A stretch of 11,270 nucleotides of DNA, from NCBI GenBank assembly GCA_030704615.1, contig JAKLZA010000049.1, positions 1 to 11,270 on the forward strand. Direction: 5' to 3'. Below, one piece after another: positions 1 through 8,475 of the stretch. This DNA comes from Takakia lepidozioides (taxonomy: Eukaryota > Plantae > Bryophyta). Positions within the stretch are counted from its first letter, which is position 1; every line of letters starts with the position of its first letter. The notes beneath the pieces were generated by a model. That model had not been told where the DNA came from and made no database searches. It saw only the letters and a list, made by a program, of their open reading frames with translations. Position numbers and translations under genes: made by a program.

Positions 1-110
1 GCAAGGCACACTCTCCAGTTCAGTACACCGGAAGCACGGAATCAAACCAGAATGGAAACGAAATGCGGCACCGCATTTCGAATGTGCTAGGGAGGGTATG
101 AGTATCTTAC
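1..110 (-). other. Probable intron of the ParB-like gene (donor GTAAGA at 110-105)
   Basis: Minus strand reads ...GCCATGGCGGACCTGAAACTCA|GTAAGATAC, a consensus donor just after the AMADL segment. The acceptor was not identified. Confidence 0.5.
59..80. repeat. Isolated copy of the array-A palindrome
   Basis: CGAAATGCGG-CA-CCGCATTTCG, with perfect 10-bp arms and the same core as the 2013-3559 units. Confidence 0.9.
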
Positions 111-1622
111 TGAGTTTCAGGTCCGCCATGGCATCTCGTGAGCAGGGAGGAGTCTGCCGCCTTCACCTGAGGATGACACACTCCACCATGTAATGCCAGC
201 CAATGTGCTTGGCATGTTCTGCTTGAATGTACTCCACCAGGCGAGAAGTCGGTGATTCCCGTCCACACAAAGAACATTTACCCGACATATGGCCGAAGTC
301 GGGATCACCCTTCAGCGTCGCCTCGAATTCGTGTTGCGAGTGTGCAGTGGGTATCCACGTTGACAATTCATCGGCAGTGGGTTCCGGGTTTCGCCGTCCT
401 CATTCTCTATGGAAACGTAAAAACGCTGCCGATCCCAGACGGTACCCTTCTCGAAATGCGAACTTGAGCTTATCCACATCTCCGGGAAGGGCCTGCCTGA
501 CGATGGGAAGGGAGACTATGCGACAGAGTGGGATTCGAAGAGTCCGCTGGGAATACCCTGCTGCCCAGAACTCTGCCAATGCTACTGTGTGTCTCCTCCA
601 ACATTTTATCCGCATGCACTTTTGAAATCCTCCGGAGACATGTCTGTAGGTGCCGGTAGTGGCTGAGCAGGTGGAGCATCCTCAACTGGAGCTGCACTCT
701 GGGGCCTGTGTGCGGGCAATTCTGCCATTGCAGAGGCCTCCTCCGGGCCTGCTAGCTCATCGGTGGTGAGGTCTGCCTGCGAACGTTCAGCGGCAGCACC
801 CTCCTCCGGTACCAAATCGAGATCACGGTCGATCCATGCCTTCGCGTGCAGCAGAGTCGGCCCCAACATCTGCAGGCGGAAATCCTCCAGGAACTGAGCT
901 TCAGCTCGTGGAAGCGGTTTTGCCGGGGAATTTCGCCCGTCGCCCTGATTGCCTTCTGCTCTCTCATCCTTGCAGGTGAAGGTGTGCTGCAATAGAATCT
1001 GTCTTCTACCCTGCTGCTTCATTCGCGGTTGGGGGTGAATCGGCCTGAGCCGGTTCAGAAGCCAGTAGAGGGACGGGCTGCTTCTTCTTCGACTTTGCTG
1101 GAGAAGGGCCCGACCCCTGCTGGCGATTCTCCATGATCGAAGAACGCGAGTCGATCTCTGCGACTTTGAACTTGCCCTTCGAAGACGCGTCTTTGAATCG
1201 TAGAGGGCTAGGCCCGGCAGGAATACCTGCGCTCGGGGATCGGGTGGGTGTACGTGCTGCAGCTAGCTCCTCGGACTCTTCCTGCGGCTCTTCGGATTCC
1301 TGCGATCCCTCCAGCACGTCCACCTTTCCTGTTAGGCATGCAAACATGTTCTGCATTCAAGTCTCCTAGCATTCAGTCTAAGAATTACAGAAGCAAAATG
1401 GGGGGTTCGGTGCTCGATCAGCTGCGCGCAGCCCGATCGCATGGAGCTCTCACTGGTGGCTGGGTTGCCTGAGTGGCCTGCTGCTCGGAGATGGCAATCT
1501 CCTCCTGTAGACGCATCTGCTTCCTCCCCTTCGGCATTGCCTACGTCCGAAGTATAATTTCCGGAGCTTGCGACGAGGTCTCTGTCTGGTGCACGAACTC
1601 CCCCCCTCTCAGGTTCGAGCAT
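111..1622 (-). CDS. ParB/Sulfiredoxin-like domain protein, first exon; frameshifted as assembled, continues past the left edge
   Basis: Joining minus-strand ORFs 400..615, 163..366 and 117..308 across single-base indels gives IPLCRIVSLPIVRQALPGDVDKLKFAFREGYRLGSAAFYVSIENEDGE...EFEATLKGDPDFGHMSGKMFFVWDGNHRLLAWWEYIQAEHAKHIGWHYMVECVIL...DAMADL. DGNHR (249-263) fits the ParB/Srx DGxHR/GxxR motif. ORFs 606..1022, 1006..1356 and 1332..1796 supply an E/S/P/A-rich disordered N-terminus. The start is tentative: ATG at 1622-1620 follows a CT-rich leader. Confidence 0.65.
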
Positions 1623-1817
1623 AAGAGAACAGAGAGAGAGGGAAAAGGGGCAAAGAGTGCAGATGGAAAGGGCGCGAGAGGGGGACTGAGGAGACACGAC
1701 AAAAGTAGATGAAACGGCGGTGATGCACCACTTGGGTTCGAAAGGTTGGACGAAAGTGTCTCCTCGTAGAGTTTGCGTCATTACGCGCCGCCTCATGCCC
1801 CTTCAGGTCAGTAGAGT

Positions 1818-1854
1818 GCCGACATGGGCAGCAGCAATCCGTTGTCCACGTGTC
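1818..1854. promoter_or_regulatory. DRE/CRT-like (GCCGAC 1818-1823) and ABRE/G-box (CCACGTGTC 1846-1854) motifs upstream of the ParB-like gene
   Basis: Exact matches to plant cis-element consensus ~200 bp upstream of the proposed ATG. Short motifs, so chance occurrence is possible. Confidence 0.3.
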
Positions 1855-2012
1855 ACATTTTCAAGGCATTTCCGTCCAAAGGGCGTATGATGAGTTGAGC
1901 GAGAATGCGAATGGGCGCCGAATTTCCGTTCCACTTCACTACCTTAGTTGTTGACGGAATCGGTGCCGGATTTTACTCCCCCCGTCCCACGCTCCATGTA
2001 TGAGATTCAGAA

Positions 2013-3559
2013 GGAAATGCGGCGCCGCCGCATTTCCGTTCCCACTACCATACAGTAGTTGATTGAATGGGAAATGACGGCAACATTTCGTTCGGGATTT
2101 TTTTTTTTTTGGGAAAGTATAGAGGTCTCACCTGGACAGAAATGCGGATTGTCGCATTCCGGTCTGGAAAGGTTGAAGGTCTCACATGGATGGAAATCGG
2201 CAACACATTTCCGTAGCACAGCTCCGGCCGAATATACAAAACAGAAATGCGGCGCCGCATTTCCGTTGAGAATGTCGGAAGGGCGACTCGAACGGAAATG
2301 CGGTGCCGCATTTCTGTACCGTTGCGCACGATTTTCAGTCAGAATGGAAATGCGGTACCGCATTTCCGTTCTGTACAGTATTAAAACGTCTGACGCTGGC
2401 GGAAATGCCTTCCCGCATTTTCGGTCCACAGCTCCATGCCTCACATTAAAACGGAATGCGGTGCCGCATTTCCGTTTGGAATGTCGGATGGTGGGACTCC
2501 GACGGAAATGCGGTACCGCATTTCAATTCCGATGTTTCAGGATATTTCATCAGAACGGAAATGCGGTGCCGCATTTCCCTTTTAAATCTAATACATTCGT
2601 CTGGAATGCTGGGAGGTGCGACTCGGATGGAAATGCGCTGCCGCATTCAGGTCCGATGGTTCACGATTTTCAGTCAGAACGGAAATGCGGTACCGCATTT
2701 CCGTTCTGGAATGATGGTAGGGCGACTCGGATGGAAATACGTTGCCGATTTCAGTTCCGATGGTTCACGATTTTCAGTTAGAACGGAAATGCGGTGCCGC
2801 ATTTCCGTTCTGGAATGGAATGATGGTAGGTGCGACTCGGATGGAAATACGGTGCCGCATTTCAGTTCACATAGTTCACGATTTTCGGTCAGAACGGAAA
2901 TGCGGTGCCGCATTTCCGTTCTGGATAGTGTGAATATCTCAACCGGTCGGAATTGCGCTGTATGAAGCTGTCGGAATCGCACTCGGCTCCAGGCATCAGA
3001 TACAAATGGAAATGCGGCGCCGCATTTCCTTTATGGAATGTCGAAAAAAAGTGCGACTCGGACGGAAATGCGGTGCCGCATTTCTGTTCCCGTTGTTCAT
3101 AATTCTCAATCAGAACGGAAATGCGGTACCGCATTTCCGTTCCACCTTCACATACCGTGTTGTTGAATGAAAATGCGGTACCGCATTTCCGTTCTCGAGA
3201 GTATGAATGTCTTTTAGGACGGAAATGTGCTGCAGCATTTCTATCCCTCAGCTCCATGCATCAGATACAAAATGGAAATGCGGCGCCGCATTTTCCGTTC
3301 TGGAATGTCGAAAAGTGCGACTCGGACGGAAATGCGTGCCGCATTTCTGTTCCCGTTGTTCATAAATCTCAATCAGAACGGAAATGCGGTACCGCATTTC
3401 CGTTCCACCTTTACATACCGTGCTTGCTGGATGGAAATGCGTTACCGCATTTCCGTTCTGGAGAGTATAAAGGTTTCCCCGGACGGAAACTCGGTGCCGC
3501 ATTTCCGTCGCTCTGTTGCATGACCAAGATGCAATACGGAAATGCGGCGCCGTATTTCC
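2013..3559. repeat. Palindrome array A: ~29 units of GGAAATGCGG-NN-CCGCATTTCC, period ~52-53 bp, with higher-order repeats
   Basis: Units start at about 2013, 2070, 2139, 2192, 2243, 2294, 2346, 2401, 2453, 2504, 2557, 2629, 2681, 2733, 2785, 2843, 2896, 2949, 3008, 3064, 3117, 3169, 3221, 3274, 3328, 3380, 3433, 3485 and 3538 (some degenerate). Decayed copies also occur near 1909-1974. 2675-2708 is a perfect 34-bp palindrome. Confidence 0.95.
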
Positions 3560-3970
3560 GTCCACCAGCAATCGACAGAATCACTCGGGACGGGAAATCT
3601 GGAACCTCAATGGGTTGCATTGTTCCGAAACAACACAATTGCGGCCAGTCTTGATGAGCACAACTTGGTTGTCTGACCGTTTTAACCAGCAGTCCTGGCA
3701 CTTGTCAGTGCGAACGTCCTGTCTGCACCGAGAATACTGCTGGATCCACCCTCAGGAGAAACTGTCAGGAGATGTTATTTCGTCGCCGAATCGGCCATCA
3801 TTGTCCTACTCACTGGCTATGGAATCAAACCTCCCACCTTCATGCATGTAGCTTGAAACAATACTTTCCACTTCAATGTGCGTCTTCCAATTGTCGATGG
3901 ACTCCGCAGATCCACTTAGATGGTGCCTGTGAGCCTTGGTCTGTCGCTATACGGAACCTTGCACTGTTCG

Positions 3971-6900
3971 ATGGCTCCGAATTCCTACGCTATAGTTTGC
4001 TGTCCTCCGCAACTTGGGAGAGCCTGGATCCAAACGAGGGAGGACTTTGCAGAGTGACTGAAACTTACCTTTGTTCCAAATTCAAGCTCAAACCGGGCAC
4101 AGTTTATTGGAAGAAGAAAGGAAGGATGTTCCTGGACAGGTTGACGAGACCATTGTCGTGCTAGGTAACGACGGAGGTTGCGGAATCGAATGGCACGTTC
4201 CCCCGTCAGACACCATCCTGTACCGAGCTGTGGGAATGCCCATTCCCTTTCCGAATCAGTCGCTGCCCACACCATCCACAAAGGAGTCCGGAAACCGAGA
4301 GGCGGCCACTGCCAACAGAGAGGTATGCAACGATAATCATTCCCAACCTGGACCGTCAAGACCCTCCATAGCTTCTCGTGTGGACGTATTCGACATTCCG
4401 ACGAGGAAGATGATTGCATTGAGGTACCCATGTCCTCCACACGGTCGTTCAAATCCGGCATGGACGTCTCTGTAGGTGCTACGCATGTGCCCTCGAGCAT
4501 AACTCCAACCCGGTCCATTGTGGCAGCTCCTACGACAACATCACCTCGATGGTTCTCGCTCCGAGCTGGCTGCTCTCGACTATGCCAAATCCCAGTCGGA
4601 AAGTGTAACTTTTCTGCCTCCCGAAGTCGATGGCAATGTCATCTTCGAGTTTCCACCTGTTTCTTCGTCAAACAAAGCCTCCGGGATGTTAACAGACATG
4701 GATCGAAAGCATGACGGACACACCTGGTGTGTGTGTGACGAAGACCAGTAGCACGAAAATTGCTGATGGTGTTCGTGTACGATATGTCCTCTGTGCGCGG
4801 GAAGCTGAGGTGCCTCAATCCCACCTGCTTCCACTTTCTCTCCAAAGGAGGGCGAGAGAACGAGAAACGAGACGGATTGGACTGGCACAACGCATCATCC
4901 TCATTGTCTCCAGCCAAGCTCCTGCGGGTTCTTTCAAGTGTGCACATTGCAAAGAACCACCGACGTGCATGTCCATGTGCAGAGCCAAGCAATATTACGT
5001 AATCCATTTGCTCCCGGACTTGACTAGAGCTTGCATACACGTTGGGGTCCACTGCCACCCTTGGCGAGAGGCAACATGCGTGAGGCTGTGCAGGAAGCAC
5101 ACGACATCATAAAAGAGGAGGTCAAATTGAGCCCCGGAGCCAGACCAAAGCAGATTCAGCTGAAGGCAGCCCACAAGATTGCTCTGGCAAAATCATGTCT
5201 GAAGATGGTTCCGACCGAGAGCCCTTGACCGAAGACGAGATGCGTGACCTCTTGGAGTCCGTCTCGCACGTTGTAGTCCGAATGTGCGGAATCACATCGT
5301 ATCTTGCAAGCAGGAGTTCGGCAGGGGGTCGGACATGTACTCAATCCTGGAGAGTGAAACGAATGACTGGATATGACTACATCCAAGGTAGCAGGTTTCC
5401 AGGGCAAGGCAGCGAATCCGATCGTTGTTACATTTTCAAAATGTCGACGTGTGGGCCTGGGAGTGGAGTCGACTTGGTCACTCGCATGACAACTGGAAAC
5501 TTGTCGAATGCTTGGGTGATGTTTGATCACATCAAGCGAATTACAAACCATCAGTGGGTGACTATGGGTGCGCATGTTTATGACTATCACTCCAAGAGGC
5601 TCATGACGATTGCAATCTGCGAGATGAAAGGGGGAGGACACACAGTCCGAGATGCATCTGTGGGAGGGCATAAACGAGCAGATGGCAAGGGCGGGATTGC
5701 CAGAGCCCAATTTCAGGGGATTCATGGCAGACAACGCTCAGGCCAACTGGGCAGCGGTGCGGCGTGTGTACGGTGAGGACCCCAATGTTCCAATGGAGGG
5801 GAAAGAGAGATCCTGTGGATTCCATTGGATGCAGAGTCTATCCCACTACACTACCAAATTGTTGCTAGCTCATTCCAGGCTGAACCCCTGTCCTTTGTAC
5901 GGCGTGGAAGGATGCACCCACATTTGATGATGCGGAGGTTAAGTTTGCTATCATCGAGGCTTGGTGGAACACGTCAGGTGCAGTGGAGACAACCAATCTG
6001 GGAGCATTGCACAGCTGGTTGGGTGGGTGGCATTTTCGGTATCGACAGTTCGGACAGTACATGCGGGGAGTAGGCTGCTGTCAATTTCGTTCATTTGTCT
6101 TTCTGTTACGGACATTTGGATTGGTCCCTCACCGTTGTTTGTGTCCTTCTAGGAGCGGTGCTTGGATTCCGACACGGACATGCCGAACACGAATATGGCA
6201 GAATCGGTCCACTCCTCCTGGCGAGCGTCTTCTGCCGCACATCTGGTGGACGTAGTGACGGCCACAACGGAGGACATCGACAGAGCAATCATGCAGCAAG
6301 CCACGTACTACAAGTTCCTGAGCGGCAAACAATGGGGCTTTGGGCCGGACAGGGAGGAATTGTTGGTACGAACAGCTTCGAGGTCCAAGAATCCAGTGAA
6401 ATGGGCGACAGCATTGCGAGACAAGATCAAAGGGACGCCTCTGCACCGCAGAGGTGAACACCTAGAGGGGGACGTCCGGACTCGCCCTGTCAGGCGGAGG
6501 ATTGAAGAGGAACCGGGTGCGAAGAGGATTCCTGGAGATCCGACAGGAACATTTGGACAGCACCTCGAGGTCCCGTCATGTTGCCGCACAATGTGTCTTC
6601 CAGCAGTGGAAGCCCAAGAAATTCCAGATCGCCGTCGCCTTCAACCGGGGATTTCGTGCAACAAATTCCCACCGCTCCCTTGCCCCACATTCCGCCCGCT
6701 GTTATGCAGTATGGCCAAGCCATTGTGGAGACGACTGTGTCTGCCTCACAGTGGAGAATTGCTCGCACAAAGCCGTCGTTTCGAGGAAGGTGTTCCGCAA
6801 TTCGTGTGGATACACGGCAACGTTGTTTAGAGATGATAAGGAGGAATCCAGATGGGCTGTCCCTGCTCCTACTTTTACAGGAAGATTTGTCCATGCAAAG

Positions 6901-7579
6901 TTTGCGGAGGCGACAACCACCCAGTTCTGGTTCTGCAGGCACGACATTATGACTGCGTGTATGGAAAGCCCAAGTACGGATACAGACAATGCCAGAGGCT
7001 CCCCCGGTGTGGCCGGTGGAACCAGGCTGCGATCTGAGTCAGGTTGAGGCCGACGCCCTTACCGCCGCAGGATTTCGGATGGTGCAGCGCACTGACGTCC
7101 CCAGAGAACCATTTCCGCTTCCACAGCCTCCAGCACCGACCCCTGTGAGAGCAAGAACAATGGGACACGACAGCTCTAAGCATCCTACACACCGTTGGGG
7201 GAAACCGAAGAGGCGGCGACCTCCCTCAAAAGTGAACGAGACAAGGATGGGGAATGCACTTCGGATGAACTGTACAATCCAGAGCTCGACAGAAGTGCCC
7301 CACCAGGATTCGGGCGTGTGTATCAGATGGCCACGGCGGGCTCAGCTGTTCGCAATGAGGTGTACACCATCACCATTTCAGAATTACCCACCTGCAATTG
7401 CACCGACTTCCAGATCATGGCGAACAAGGGGGCATCATACTGCCCTTGCAAGCATTTGTACTACGTGTACCTAAAAGAGACTCCGTTGTAATTCCACAAC
7501 TCATCACTTCATACATGCACCAGGGTTGAGCCCCCAGGAGGTTCACACTCTTCTGAATATGGATCCAGGGGACCAGTGA
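3971..7579 (+). CDS. Mutator-like (MULE) DDE transposase A with GCM/WRKY-like Zn domain and SWIM finger; frameshifted as assembled
   Basis: Stitched ORFs show HDGHTWCVTKT...C.GKLRCLNPTC...CAHC...C...HVGVHCHP (4700-5060), VMFDHIKR (D 5525-5527), FMADNAQAN (D 5730-5732), CGFHW (CxxH 5814-5825), NTNMAESVHSSW (E 6201-6203) and SWIM CNC-x15-CKH (7393-7455). Removing one A in ctaaaag extends the frame through FIHAPGLSPQEVHTLL to TGA at 7577-7579; the as-assembled stop is at 7491. The start ATG at 3971 is tentative. Confidence 0.85.
6070..6152 (+). other. 83-nt phase-0 GT-AG intron in transposase A
   Basis: GGA|GTAGGC...TTGTTTGTGTCCTTCTAG|GAG, with a T-rich interior. Splicing joins WHFRYRQFGQYMRG in frame to ERCLDSDTDMPNTNMAES, which carries the catalytic E. 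Confidence 0.8.
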
Positions 7580-8173
7580 GCTTGGCTTGCGGTCCACATA
7601 CAATGGTACGCCCATCCTTTTCGGATAGTAGAACTGTACTGCTGCCAGTAAATCAGACTCTGGCCACAAAAGGTCCGACATATGTCTTGCCTACAAGTAA
7701 CCTGTTTTGATCGAACTAAGATATTACTATATCGTTCACTTGTTTCCACGTGCATGTATTTTTGTATGTTGGAGGGTTCATGTTTTTCTGCTTTCCGAAA
7801 ACTTGCTCTCCTTCATTCGACCTCCGACAAGGAAATGCGGCGCCGAATTTCCAAGTATCGTCGTAGGTACCCCCAGAGGCGGCCTTCGCCAACACCAAAC
7901 CGCTCCGAAATTTCACACGTGCGATCCTAATGCGGCACCCCTATTTCCCAGTTCAGTTGCAAACCTTTCCCGCCGAATACCCGAAGAAGACAGAATTGTG
8001 AAGTACTGCAGACTGTATTGGTGCAGACTCCATTGGTTCAATCGCGGCAAAAGGGTCAGCTTCATTCCAATGTTAAGGCATGTAAAACCGCGGCGGAATA
8101 CTCTATACAGGCCAGTATGCGACGTCCTTTTGCAGTGGTATACTGGATTTCCCGTTGCACGGTCACTTATTTC

Positions 8174-8419
8174 CATGAGCGGATCTAAAACAATGAGCGG
8201 ACTTTGTTACTGACGACATATCTTCGCCGCATTACATGATCATGGAACGTCCAAAAACGGCAAGGTCAAATAAAAAACTATTATTTTAATACTTGTTTAA
8301 TCTGCCGCATTTCCAAATTTGGAGGAGTCCGCTCATGAAATCCGCGTATCTTAGACTTCGGCTCACCGCTCATGCGGCTCATGCGGCTCATGGCTCATGG
8401 CTCATGGTTTCTGCTCATG
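8174..8419. repeat. GCTCATG short-repeat cluster, candidate subterminal region
   Basis: GCTCATG at 8331, 8368, 8377, 8386, 8393, 8400 and 8413. Inverted copies at 8174-8180 (CATGAGC) and 8193-8198 (ATGAGC). Confidence 0.8.
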
Positions 8420-8475
8420 AAAATAGTAAACCTCGCCCGACCAGCCAACACAGCCAGTCACCGCTTTGACACAGC

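Larger units (their letters stand above)
1..8426. mobile_element. Putative large MULE element A (ParB-like gene + palindrome array + transposase); left end outside the window
   Basis: The same palindrome core occurs at 59-80, 2013-3559, 7831-7852, ~7929-7949 and 8303-8314, spanning both genes. The right boundary is inferred from the GCTCATG cluster; no TIR or TSD could be confirmed. Confidence 0.5.

Noticed and set aside
2013-3559. CRISPR array
   Set aside because: Palindromic repeats with ~30-bp spacers look CRISPR-like, but the spacers are re-used paralogous types, there are no cas genes, and the context is eukaryotic.
111-3559. Bacterial or plasmid parABS locus or contamination
   Set aside because: No ParA is present, the palindrome does not match the canonical chromosomal parS, and spliceosomal intron signals and an LTR indicate a eukaryotic nuclear origin.
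2007-3701. Many ORFs on both strands with KCGTAFPF / EMRCRISV / GNAVPHFR repeats
   Set aside because: These are translations of the stop-free palindrome, identical on both strands, and not credible proteins.
3985-7192. Minus-strand ORFs overlapping transposase A
   Set aside because: Antisense shadows of GC-rich coding sequence with no recognisable motifs.
7415-8213. ORFs downstream of transposase A (e.g. 7707..8213)
   Set aside because: No recognisable domain; the region looks like 3' UTR or subterminal DNA with scattered motifs.
8422-8427. CACTA-type terminus
   Set aside because: The sequence reads TAGTA rather than TAGTG, and the transposase has MULE rather than CACTA motifs.
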